NCBI GenBank assembly: GCA_963718665.1
Contig: OY970359.1
Coordinates: 1,824,001 to 1,888,000 of the forward strand
DNA length: 64,000 nucleotides
Direction: 5' to 3'
Source of the DNA: an uncultured Phycisphaerales bacterium
GTDB lineage: Bacteria > Planctomycetota > Phycisphaerae > Sedimentisphaerales > Anaerobacaceae
The position numbers and the translations under genes are program-made. The notes beneath the pieces are model-generated. The model was not told the origin of the DNA. It worked only from the letters and a program-made list of their open reading frames with translations, and searched no databases. Shown here piece by piece: positions 37,641 to 46,718 of the stretch; position 1 is the first letter of the stretch; each line of letters starts with the position of its first letter.

Positions 37641-39164
37641 ATGACCCCAGGACCGCGGATAAAACAAAGGAACAATCGCACATCGGCTACGGTCGGCGGC
37701 GGTATTAAGCCCACTGACGATATCCCGGTTTCATTCCGGTATGAACGGCTTATTATTGCCGGGCTTTGTCTTGCCGTTGCGATTCGTGTCTTTGCCTTCA
37801 GCGCTGCGTTTCCATTTTTTAATAACGTTGACGAAGTAGCCCATTTTGACCTGGTTTTCAAGTATTCCCGTGGACATTTGCCTGCCGCATCGCTGGAGAA
37901 ATACGACCCGGTGGCCGTTGAAATTATCGCCAATTCGGGAGGAGGGGGGGAGTTCTTGGGTGACCACATTGACAAAACTCCCGACATTTTGGTGAAGGAA
38001 ATTGATTTCCTGACAAACGCCTACAATTATGAAACATGGTCATTCCCCTCATACTATCTTTTGGCGGGGCTGTGGTGTCGGTTAGGCGAATCGCTGGCGA
38101 TAACAGGCGCCGAATTACTTTATTGGATTCGTTTTCTTGATGTTCCTCTCGCGGTTGTCTTTGTGTGGCTGTCCTGGCTGTTTTCGCGCAGGTTCTTTCG
38201 TGATAATTTCCAGGAGCGAATCGCGATTCCTCTTCTCGCCGCGTTTTTCCCACAGGATATTTTTTACGCAATTACAGGCGACGTCCTTTCTCCGGTTGTC
38301 TTTGCGGCGGCGTTATTTATGCTCCTCGAAATCTATTTGAGCGAAAAATCCTGGAAGTACCATTTGTTTGCGGGTCTGCTTGTTGCCGCGACGTTCCTTG
38401 CCAAGGCGTCAAATATTGCCATTATACCTTTTGCCGCCTTTGTTGTGCTGATTAAAGTAACACAAGCGGTTCGCCAAAGACGTCTCAGGCAATACCTGTT
38501 TCCTCCCGCTGCCCTGGTTATCGCAGCATTGTTGCCGGTTGTCTTCTGGCTCGGTCGTAATTATATACTCTTTGGCGATGCCGTCGGAGCGGCCGCCTCG
38601 GCAAAGTCGCATACCTGGACGGTTAAACCTTTAAGCGAAATATTTAATCATCCCATCTTTACTCCTTCGGGATTTATTTATTTCATTTCCGAGCTGACAA
38701 AAACCTTCTGGCGGGGCGAATTTGTCTGGCATAACAGGATAATAGCATCGGCGTTTATGGACGGGTTTTATGTAATCTCGTCCGGTGTTTTCCTGCTTGC
38801 CCTTATTCTTGATAAAACCAGGTCTGACGGGTCTTGTCGCACTGCCCTGGCGGGGAGTTTGTTTGTTGTTATCTTATCGATTGTTTTTCTTGCGTTTATG
38901 TCTATGCGGTACGACTTCGGCACCTGTGTTTATCCTTCTGTTGCTAAGCCCTATTTTACCTCGGGCCGGCTGATTGCAGGCGCCATTTTGCCATTTCTAA
39001 TTCTTTACATTGATGGCTTGCGCCGTATTCTTTCCAAATTACGATGTGCTTCCGCGTTGCTCTTTGTAGTCGGCATTATCGTCGCTGCCATAACCGTATC
39101 GGAAATAGTACTTAGCTGGTCTGTTTTCGCCAATCCAGATAACTGGTTCCATCTGATAAAGTGA
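37641..39164 (+). CDS. Polytopic membrane protein, GT-C fold glycosyltransferase-like, copy 2
   Basis: Paralog of 35935-37452, PFFNNVDEVAHF. Confidence 0.7.
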   Translation: MTPGPRIKQRNNRTSATVGGGIKPTDDIPVSFRYERLIIAGLCLAVAIRVFAFSAAFPFFNNVDEVAHFDLVFKYSRGHLPAASLEKYDPVAVEIIANSGGGGEFLGDHIDKTPDILVKEIDFLTNAYNYETWSFPSYYLLAGLWCRLGESLAITGAELLYWIRFLDVPLAVVFVWLSWLFSRRFFRDNFQERIAIPLLAAFFPQDIFYAITGDVLSPVVFAAALFMLLEIYLSEKSWKYHLFAGLLVAATFLAKASNIAIIPFAAFVVLIKVTQAVRQRRLRQYLFPPAALVIAALLPVVFWLGRNYILFGDAVGAAASAKSHTWTVKPLSEIFNHPIFTPSGFIYFISELTKTFWRGEFVWHNRIIASAFMDGFYVISSGVFLLALILDKTRSDGSCRTALAGSLFVVILSIVFLAFMSMRYDFGTCVYPSVAKPYFTSGRLIAGAILPFLILYIDGLRRILSKLRCASALLFVVGIIVAAITVSEIVLSWSVFANPDNWFHLIK

Positions 39165-39181
39165 AAAAACCGGGGCATCCT

Positions 39182-39601
39182 ATGGTCGTAACCAAAAAAA
39201 TCCAGGTCAGCACAAAGGGCAACAGCGAGGTCATCGATTTAACCCCGCAGGCGGTAAAGGCAGTTGCCGAATCAGGCGTCTCGGCTGGGACAGCGACATT
39301 TTTTGTCATTGGCTCGACCGCCGCGATTACAACTACCGAATATGAGCCGGGACTGGTTAACCATGATATTAAAGCGGCATTTGAAAAAATTGCCCCTCGG
39401 AACGCCCGTTATGAGCACGAGGAGACCTGGCACGACGACAACGGGCATTCGCATGTTCGCGCATCGCTGCTTGGCCCTTCTCTGGCCGTGCCAATTGTAG
39501 ATGGCAAACTTACCCTCGGCACATGGCAGCAAATCATCCTTATTGACTTCGATACCCGTTCACGCAGCCGCCAGGTCATCTGCCAGATAATCGGTGAATA
39601 G
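39182..39601 (+). CDS. yjbQ: YjbQ/UPF0047 family protein
   Basis: GSTAAITTTEYEPGL, Y.HE..WHDDNGHSHVRASLLGPS, LGTWQQI...DFD. Confidence 0.9.
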   Translation: MVVTKKIQVSTKGNSEVIDLTPQAVKAVAESGVSAGTATFFVIGSTAAITTTEYEPGLVNHDIKAAFEKIAPRNARYEHEETWHDDNGHSHVRASLLGPSLAVPIVDGKLTLGTWQQIILIDFDTRSRSRQVICQIIGE

Positions 39602-39651
39602 TCCGTTTTTTCTTGCGACTGAGCGATTCTGAGAGGAAAATAAAGTGCATT

Positions 39652-40023
39652 ATGAAACCGGACGTTGAAAAACATCTTCGCATCGCAAATGAAACCCTGC
39701 GGGAGATGGAGCACCTGATAGCAGGGGGGTTTTATGAAGCAGTGGCGAAACGGACATATAACGCTATGCTCAACGCGGCTACCGCCGCCCTGCTGGCCAA
39801 AGAGGTCCCAAGCGACACGAGGCAGGCGATTGTATCCGAGTTTAACAATGCTTTTGTGAAAACGGGTCTTTTCGACGAAAAGTTTTATAAGTATTTTCGT
39901 CAGGCCTTCAACTCCGGGACCGAGTCCGACGCCTCATTTGCCTCTGTGGACCACAGGCAGGCACAGACAAACCTTCTCAGGGTCAAGGAATTCATAGCCG
40001 CCTGTCGCGTATTATGCGATTAA
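39652..40023 (+). CDS. HEPN domain protein, apparently degenerate
   Basis: A.ETL......GFYE....R.YNAML.AA.AAL...F...FVKTG pattern; no adjacent nucleotidyltransferase. Confidence 0.7.
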   Translation: MKPDVEKHLRIANETLREMEHLIAGGFYEAVAKRTYNAMLNAATAALLAKEVPSDTRQAIVSEFNNAFVKTGLFDEKFYKYFRQAFNSGTESDASFASVDHRQAQTNLLRVKEFIAACRVLCD

Positions 40024-40058
40024 ATGGTGTATCCGACGGCTTTTGGCCGATAAATCCA

Positions 40059-40087
40059 TTGACGAGTTTTAAAAAACTGTTTAGTAT
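40059..40087 (+). promoter_or_regulatory. Sigma70 promoter
   Basis: TTGACG-17 nt-TAGTAT. Confidence 0.55.
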
Positions 40088-40136
40088 TTTGCCTCGGCAG
40101 AGGCAGCCAAACTAATACGGGAGATACGTTTTGTTT

Positions 40137-41756
40137 ATGAAAAATTATCTTCGCAAAACATTGTGGTGTGTAACATTAGTGTTTCTTGCGGCAACTTTTG
40201 GCTGTGCAGGCGGCAAGACCGCTAAAAACCCCAAGGCAGCCGACAGTAACGCGATAAACGATACTATCGGTATGTATGCGGAAATATTTGCTTCCGACGC
40301 GATACCGGTAAGCAATTATGCCTTGGTAGGGGGGCTTAACGGTACGGGTTCGTCTGAGTGTCCTCCACAGATAAGGGAGAATCTGAAAAAATACATCCTC
40401 CAGCGGCTCGGCGGCGCCAAAATCGATGTTGATGCGCTTATCAACAGCCCGGATACTGCCGTTGTAGTTGTCGAGGGTATGATTCCGCCCGCCGCTTCAA
40501 AAAATCAGCGGTTTGACCTCAGAGTTACCGCGTTGCCCGGCACACAAACAACCTCTCTCGAAGGCGGCTGGCTATATGGCATCGACCTCTTCGACACACA
40601 ACAGGGCGGCACCAGCATCAAGCCCCTTGCTGCTGCCGAAGGCCCGGTATTTGTCGATTCCACGGCTTCCGATTCGCAGGACCAGAAAGTCGGCTATGTT
40701 CTGGGCGGCGGCTCTGTAATCGAGGAATATAAAGTCAATCTTGCCCTTCGCGTGCCTGATTACCGCGCTGCAAGCCAAATCCGGAATCGTATAAACGAAC
40801 GGTTCGGCTACGAAACCGCCATGGCACTTGCGCCGGGCAATATCGAACTGCGAGTCCCGACAAAATACATAGACGCAAAAGGCAGATTCATTCAGCTCGT
40901 AAGGGCCACATATCTTTTTGATTCGCCTGAATTTACAGCCAAAAGGTTAATGACTAATATAGAGAAACTCGCCGGTTCCAAGGATAAAAATCCAAGTGAA
41001 ATAGCTCTCGAAGCCATGGGTAACATCGCAGTCCCGAAACTGGCGGCACTGCTAAATTCGTCCGACCCTGAAGTCCGCCTCCGCGCTGCTCGCTGTATGT
41101 TCAACCTCGGCGACCAGAGAGGCAGGGAAGCTCTCTGGGGCATGGCCACCGATAAAAACTCACCCTACCGTATAGAGGCGATTAATGCCCTTGCCAATAC
41201 GGCTGCCGGACAGGATGCCACCTCGATGTTTCGTTCGCTGCTGCGGGACGATAATTTGACTGTCCGCCTCATTGCCTATGATAAGCTTGTTCGCCTGAAA
41301 GACACCGCTGTTTCCCGAAGGTTGATAGCCAACAGTTTTTACCTTGACCAGGTAACAGAGGCGGGAAAACCTGCAATCCTGATTTCTCGTCGGGACCAGG
41401 CCTGCGTCGCAATCCTCGGCGCCCCGATATACTGCCGGAGTAATACTTTCGTTGAGACACCTGACGGGACTATTACCATAAATGTTCCTGCCAGCGAAAA
41501 ATACGCCACGATAATCCGAAAGCACCCCAAGCGGGCAGATACAATTATCCAGTTGAAAAGCTCGCTGGATATTGCTGATATCATTGAGACATTGTGCCGA
41601 GAGCCGTTGACCCCGACCGATGAGGGGGGGCCGGGACTTGGTGTCCCCTATTCTACTCTTGTGGGACTTCTTAGCAAGATGGTCGATTCCGGTGCCGTTG
41701 GGGCGGAATTTTACGCAGGCCCGTTCCCGAAAAACATGCCAATTATAAAGAAATAG
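40137..41756 (+). CDS. FlgI (P-ring)-like lipoprotein with HEAT repeats, planctomycete type
   Basis: Lipobox TFGC; YALVGGLNGTGS, AVVVV...IPP, FDLRV.A, TSLEGG.L (FlgI N-terminus); LEAMG..AVPKL..LL...DPEVRL.AA HEAT repeats; no other flagellar genes nearby. Confidence 0.75.
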   Translation: MKNYLRKTLWCVTLVFLAATFGCAGGKTAKNPKAADSNAINDTIGMYAEIFASDAIPVSNYALVGGLNGTGSSECPPQIRENLKKYILQRLGGAKIDVDALINSPDTAVVVVEGMIPPAASKNQRFDLRVTALPGTQTTSLEGGWLYGIDLFDTQQGGTSIKPLAAAEGPVFVDSTASDSQDQKVGYVLGGGSVIEEYKVNLALRVPDYRAASQIRNRINERFGYETAMALAPGNIELRVPTKYIDAKGRFIQLVRATYLFDSPEFTAKRLMTNIEKLAGSKDKNPSEIALEAMGNIAVPKLAALLNSSDPEVRLRAARCMFNLGDQRGREALWGMATDKNSPYRIEAINALANTAAGQDATSMFRSLLRDDNLTVRLIAYDKLVRLKDTAVSRRLIANSFYLDQVTEAGKPAILISRRDQACVAILGAPIYCRSNTFVETPDGTITINVPASEKYATIIRKHPKRADTIIQLKSSLDIADIIETLCREPLTPTDEGGPGLGVPYSTLVGLLSKMVDSGAVGAEFYAGPFPKNMPIIKK

Positions 41757-42011
41757 CGACTCTTCGACCGATAATGTTAGAGCAAAACATGGGAACTGAA
41801 TTGAAAGTTTATAAGTAAAGGCGAAGAATATCGGACTGTGTCGCCAGGACGGGACTGGCGTAGTAATAATAATGATTGTATAATTATAGGACTTTATGGC
41901 TTTGAGCTTCCTCGTGTTTGCGGCAGAAGAGCACCGGCAGGAGGGTTTTCGTCGTTCTTTGACTATTATCTCTTCCGCCCCTGGTTTTGCCTGATTATTA
42001 AGGATTAATAA

Positions 42012-45000
42012 ATGCGACTTGAAAAAGTTATTCTCGACGGCTTCAAAAGCTTTGCAGATAAAACGGAGTTCGTATTTTCAGCGGCGGTAACCGGCATTGT
42101 CGGCCCCAACGGATGCGGCAAAAGCAATGTTGTTGACGCTGTAAAATGGGTATTCGGCGAACAAAGCGCAAAGAGTTTGCGCAGCGGGCGAATGACGGAT
42201 GTCATTTTCAGCGGCAACGCCAGCAGGAAACCCGCTGGCAGCGCGGAAGTCAGCTTGTTCCTTTCCAATACCGCCGGGGCCGAGTCGGGTCGGCTGCCCA
42301 TCGATGCCGATGAGGTCCAGATTACCCGGCGCATCTATCAGAGCGGCGAATGCGAATACAGAATCAATAACAAACTCTGCCGATTAAAAGACATCCGCGA
42401 ATTGTTTATGGATACCGGCGTTGGCGTCAGGGCATATTCAATTATCGAGCAGGGACAGGTTGAGCGTCTGCTTACCGCGTCTTCCGTCGAGAGACGAGTA
42501 ATATTCGAAGAGGCGGCGGGCATAAGCAAATACAAGGCGCACAAAGAAGAAGCCCTTCGCAAGCTCGAACGCACCGAACAGAATCTTCTTCGTCTTGCCG
42601 ACATTGTCAGCGAGGTCGCCAGCCGATTGAGGAGCGTCAAGCTCGCCGCGGGCAAAGCCCGCAGCTATGTTCAATACACTCAACGGTTAAAGGAGCTTCA
42701 GGTCAACTACTCGCTGGCGGAATTCGATAAAATTTACAAGACCGCGGCCCAGAAGAAAGCCGCTCTCGATGAAGCGGAAAAGAATTTTGCCGTAGTTGCC
42801 GCTGACGTGGCAAGGCACGATACTCTGCTTAGCCAGATAGGCCAGCAGATAATCGATACGGAAAGCAGCATCAACCACACCGATAATTCGCTTGTGGCGG
42901 TGCAGAGCAAAATCGAACAGCAGATGCAGCGGATAGAATTCCTGCGAACCAGGATTAAAGAGCTTGAGCAGAGAAGGGCCGCCGCAGTAACGAGGGCGCA
43001 ACAACTCGCCGAACAAAAAAACGAGTTCACAATCGACCTCGAAAAATACCAGGCAAAGCAGCAGGAAAATGAAAAATCATTCGAACAGTGCAATCTTGAC
43101 GTCGAGCAAACCAGTCGGGAAATCGCCGATATTAACGCCCAGTGCTCTTCGCTTGAAGCTGAGCTTGAAGACGAGAAATCAGGCATAATCGATATTGTCC
43201 GGCATACCGCCCAGCTTCACAACGAGCTTCAAAGCATATCCGTATATCGCACCAATCTTTCTTCTCAAAAAGACCGCCTCGCTGGTCGTGCCCAGATAGC
43301 AGGCGCAGAGCTTGAAAAACTCCTGACCGAAAAGGCGCAGTGCGACGCAAGATTGAATGATATCGAAACCGTTTTATCCGAGCTGACGAAAAACCTCGAC
43401 AACAAACACAAGGAATCCGATACTTGTATCGCTCGCGCCGAGGCGGACAAAAAACGTTTAGCCAACAGCAAGGAAGCCAGAAGTGCACTGGCAAGTGAGC
43501 TTGCTGTTTTGACGGATATGGAAAACCGCCGGGAGGGTGTCAAGGCGGGGGCAAAACGCATACTCGAAAACCAGTCGCAGTTTGATTACGTCGAGGGTAT
43601 TCTTGCGGATATTATTACTGCTCATATTGATTATGCCGCAGCGGTTGAGGCGGCCCTTGAAGACAAGACCGATGCTGTAGTTATCGCCTCGACTGAGAAG
43701 TTGCTGGCGGGTAAAGACGCCGTGGATAAGCTCGATGGCCGGGTTCATTTCATAAGTTCAGACAAAATCGAGCCATTTGTGAATACCGATGACCTATCGA
43801 CGCTGTCGGGCGTGAAGGGGCGTCTTGTTGAGTTCGTAAATTATCAGCCCAAATACGCGTCGCTTGTCTGGGTGTTGTTGGGCAAGACCTTAATCGTTGA
43901 TTCAATCGATAACGTCGTCCAGTTATCAGAAGCGCTTGGGCCTGATTATAAGTTCGTTACTCTCAAAGGTGAGTTCGCCGCGGGCGACGGCTTCATCAAG
44001 CTTGGCCCTCTCGGCAGGGCGGCGGGGCTTATCTCCCGAAAAAGCCGGCTTCGCCAGTTACAGGACACCATTACCAATATCACTAATGAAATAGACACGC
44101 TTCAAAACCAGATTGACGAATCAATCCGCACGGGCGACCATCTTACGAAGCTCTGCAAAGACCTTCGCACCGCGGTTTACGAGGCGAATACCGAAAAGAC
44201 GCAGATAAACTCGAAACTGGCCTCACTCGAAGAGAGCATAAAACGGCTCAGGGAAGAACAGCCCCTCATCGCAGGCGAAATCGACCAGCTCGAAAAGCAA
44301 ATCGCGCAGTCCGTCCAGAAGGAATACGAGTCGAAGCAAAAGCTCCAGGAGCTTGAGACCGTCAACAACCAGCGCAATGCCCGAATCAACCAGCTTCAGG
44401 GCGATTACTCGAATCTCAAGGCGAATCAGCAGACGCTTTCCGACAAGCTGACCAACCTCAAGGTTTCGCTTGGCCAGATATCCGAACATCGCCAGTCGTT
44501 GATTCAGACAATCCAGTCGCTCCAGACCCAGCTTGCTGCCAACGCAGGAGCTGTTGCGGCTGCGGAATCCGAAATCAAAAGCTGCGTCGACCAGGCCCTG
44601 GCAGCCCAGAGCGACATCCTCGCTTCCGAATCGGCCGTCTCCGAGCTATTCAGCGAGAAAGACCAGAAGCAGCAAAGCAGCTCCCAATTGCACAAGCAAA
44701 TCGAAGAGCTTCTTGCCGAGCAAAAGAGCAATGAGCAGACGCTGCGTGAGAAACGCGTCGTGCAAAGCCATGTCGAACAGCAGATAAATGAGATTAAAAT
44801 CGAGCTTGGCCAGCTCGATGTGCGACAGCAGGACCTCATTTCAAGGGTCCGTGACGAATTACAGCTTGACCTGCTCCAGTCCTACCAGAATTATCAGGAC
44901 ACCGCTGTTGACTGGGAAAAGGTGCGTGAGGAAATCGCCGAGCTGCGGGGCAAAATCGAACGATTAGGCAACGTCAACCTCGACGCAATCCAGGAGCAGC

Positions 45001-45590
45001 AGGACCTCGAACAAAGGCACAACTTCCTTTCGACGCAGGTCGGGGACCTCAATTCCAGCAAGGGCCAGCTCCAGCAGTTAATCAACCGTCTCAACAAGGT
45101 CAGCAGGGAAAAGTTCCTTGAGACATTCGAGCTTGTCCGCGGTCATTTCCAGCAGATTTTCCGCAAGCTTTTCGGCGGCGGCAAAGCCGACATCATCCTC
45201 GAAGAAGCCCCCGATATCGATATTCTCGACGCGGGCATCGAAATAGTCGCGAAACCTCCCGGCAAGGAAACCCGGAGCATCTCGTTATTATCCGGCGGCG
45301 AAAAGGCAATGACCGCCATCGCGCTATTGTTCTCCGTCTTCAAGGCAAAACCGTCCCCGTTCTGCTTCTTAGACGAAGTTGACGCCGCCCTCGATGAGGC
45401 CAACAACGAACGCTTTGACGCCATTGTCAGGGAATTCCAAAAGGAATCACAGTTCATCATAATCACGCACTCCAAGCGAACGATGAGCGTTACGGATATG
45501 CTTTACGGCGTGACTATGCAGACGCAGGGTATCAGCAAGAAAATATCCGTCAACTTCGACCATTACAGCTCCGAACCCGCCGCCGCGTAA
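42012..45590 (+). CDS. smc: Chromosome segregation protein SMC
   Basis: GFKSFAD, GPNGCGKSN, IIEQG, long coiled coils with hinge, LLSGGEK, FCFLDEVDAALDE, IITH. Confidence 0.97.
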   Translation: MRLEKVILDGFKSFADKTEFVFSAAVTGIVGPNGCGKSNVVDAVKWVFGEQSAKSLRSGRMTDVIFSGNASRKPAGSAEVSLFLSNTAGAESGRLPIDADEVQITRRIYQSGECEYRINNKLCRLKDIRELFMDTGVGVRAYSIIEQGQVERLLTASSVERRVIFEEAAGISKYKAHKEEALRKLERTEQNLLRLADIVSEVASRLRSVKLAAGKARSYVQYTQRLKELQVNYSLAEFDKIYKTAAQKKAALDEAEKNFAVVAADVARHDTLLSQIGQQIIDTESSINHTDNSLVAVQSKIEQQMQRIEFLRTRIKELEQRRAAAVTRAQQLAEQKNEFTIDLEKYQAKQQENEKSFEQCNLDVEQTSREIADINAQCSSLEAELEDEKSGIIDIVRHTAQLHNELQSISVYRTNLSSQKDRLAGRAQIAGAELEKLLTEKAQCDARLNDIETVLSELTKNLDNKHKESDTCIARAEADKKRLANSKEARSALASELAVLTDMENRREGVKAGAKRILENQSQFDYVEGILADIITAHIDYAAAVEAALEDKTDAVVIASTEKLLAGKDAVDKLDGRVHFISSDKIEPFVNTDDLSTLSGVKGRLVEFVNYQPKYASLVWVLLGKTLIVDSIDNVVQLSEALGPDYKFVTLKGEFAAGDGFIKLGPLGRAAGLISRKSRLRQLQDTITNITNEIDTLQNQIDESIRTGDHLTKLCKDLRTAVYEANTEKTQINSKLASLEESIKRLREEQPLIAGEIDQLEKQIAQSVQKEYESKQKLQELETVNNQRNARINQLQGDYSNLKANQQTLSDKLTNLKVSLGQISEHRQSLIQTIQSLQTQLAANAGAVAAAESEIKSCVDQALAAQSDILASESAVSELFSEKDQKQQSSSQLHKQIEELLAEQKSNEQTLREKRVVQSHVEQQINEIKIELGQLDVRQQDLISRVRDELQLDLLQSYQNYQDTAVDWEKVREEIAELRGKIERLGNVNLDAIQEQQDLEQRHNFLSTQVGDLNSSKGQLQQLINRLNKVSREKFLETFELVRGHFQQIFRKLFGGGKADIILEEAPDIDILDAGIEIVAKPPGKETRSISLLSGGEKAMTAIALLFSVFKAKPSPFCFLDEVDAALDEANNERFDAIVREFQKESQFIIITHSKRTMSVTDMLYGVTMQTQGISKKISVNFDHYSSEPAAA

Positions 45591-45613
45591 ACCAATCGGG
45601 ACGGGTCTGGTTT

Positions 45614-45639
45614 GTCATTCCCGCGGAAGCAGAAATCCA
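45614..45639. repeat. Degenerate family D palindrome (GTCATTCCCGCG.A.GCGGGAATCCA type)
   Basis: GTCATTCCCGCGGAAGCAGAAATCCA resembles the murE copy at 53361. Confidence 0.6.
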
Positions 45640-45649
45640 ATCGTCTGCT

Positions 45650-45678
45650 TTGACGAATCTCCACAAAGGTTCTATAAT
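45650..45678 (+). promoter_or_regulatory. Sigma70 promoter of rmuC
   Basis: TTGACG-17 nt-TATAAT. Confidence 0.7.
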
Positions 45679-45704
45679 ACCCCGGTTCTATTAAGGGTTT
45701 GATT

Positions 45705-46718
45705 ATGGAAACGATTCTGCTGGTTATAGTGGCTGTTTTGCTGGCGATAGTTTTGATTCACCAGTTCAGCACCAGTTCTGCCAACAGAGATAAGCTCACA
45801 CAGCAGCAAACTGCTGTAACATCTCTCCAGCAGCAGCTCGATTCTATTCTGAAATCGGCTGATTCCACCCGAAGCACCATTCAGGATTCTCTTCAAAAAG
45901 GTCAATCTACATTGACTCAGGGCCTGCAATCTTCAACGGATACGCTAAGCAAACTCAACAATCAAATCGGTCAGTTAATGACCGCCAGCACGCAGATGCA
46001 GAAAGTCGGCGACGACGTAAAGCGTCTTCAGGAAATCCTCGCAAGTCCGAAGCTTCGCGGCGGTCTCGGCGAATGGTCGCTTGAGAACCTGCTTGCGCAA
46101 ATTCTGCCGAAGGATAGCTATGAGCTTCAATATTTCTTCAGGGATAGTCAGAAGGTCGATGCCTTGATTCATTTGGCCGGTTATAATGCCCCAATCGACG
46201 CCAAATTTCCGCTTTCGAGTTTTGAACTGCTGCTCAAGGCCGAGAAGGACGATGAACGGATTCGTCTGCGAAAACAGTTTCACAACGACATAATCAAGCA
46301 TATCGATAAAATCGCGGCGAGTTATATCAGGCCCGCCGAGGGCACTCTTGATTTTGCCCTTATGTATATCCCCGCTGAAAACGTTTATTATGAGGCGATT
46401 ATCAAATATCCTGATGACGCGAAGGATATTCTTCAGTATTCGCTTGATAAAAAAATCGTCCCTGTTTCGCCTAATCTGCTTTATGCGTATCTGATGACTG
46501 TTGTGATGGGACTTCACGGATTGCAAATCGAAAAACAGGCCGGTGAAATCCGCCAAAACCTCAAAAAACTCAACGCGTCCTTTGCTGATTTCACCGCCAC
46601 TTGGGATGTTCTCGGCAAGCACCTTCATAATGCCTACTCTCAGTATGACGAGGGGCATAAAAAGTTAGACAGATTCGGTATGGAACTCAATAACATTCAA
46701 GAGGAAGATAACAAATGA
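45705..46718 (+). CDS. rmuC: DNA recombination protein RmuC
   Basis: N-terminal TM, coiled coil, KLRGGLGE, PIDAKFP, YIRP.EGTLDFALMYIPAENVYYE, VSP. Confidence 0.92.
   Translation: METILLVIVAVLLAIVLIHQFSTSSANRDKLTQQQTAVTSLQQQLDSILKSADSTRSTIQDSLQKGQSTLTQGLQSSTDTLSKLNNQIGQLMTASTQMQKVGDDVKRLQEILASPKLRGGLGEWSLENLLAQILPKDSYELQYFFRDSQKVDALIHLAGYNAPIDAKFPLSSFELLLKAEKDDERIRLRKQFHNDIIKHIDKIAASYIRPAEGTLDFALMYIPAENVYYEAIIKYPDDAKDILQYSLDKKIVPVSPNLLYAYLMTVVMGLHGLQIEKQAGEIRQNLKKLNASFADFTATWDVLGKHLHNAYSQYDEGHKKLDRFGMELNNIQEEDNK

Larger units (their letters stand above)
35891..39219 (+). repeat. Tandem duplication, about 35891-37503 and 37597-39219
   Basis: Identical promoter/5' sequence GATGCCTTGCACGTTCATCAATTCTTTATTATCATATTTCATAAATGACCCC at 35891 and 37597; both units end in the yjbQ start sequence. 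Confidence 0.9.

Noticed and set aside
41760..42010. Possible ncRNA between the FlgI-like gene and smc
   Set aside because: Only a short CGCCAG/CTGGCG hairpin and an AT-rich promoter-like tract are visible; there is no recognisable RNA family.
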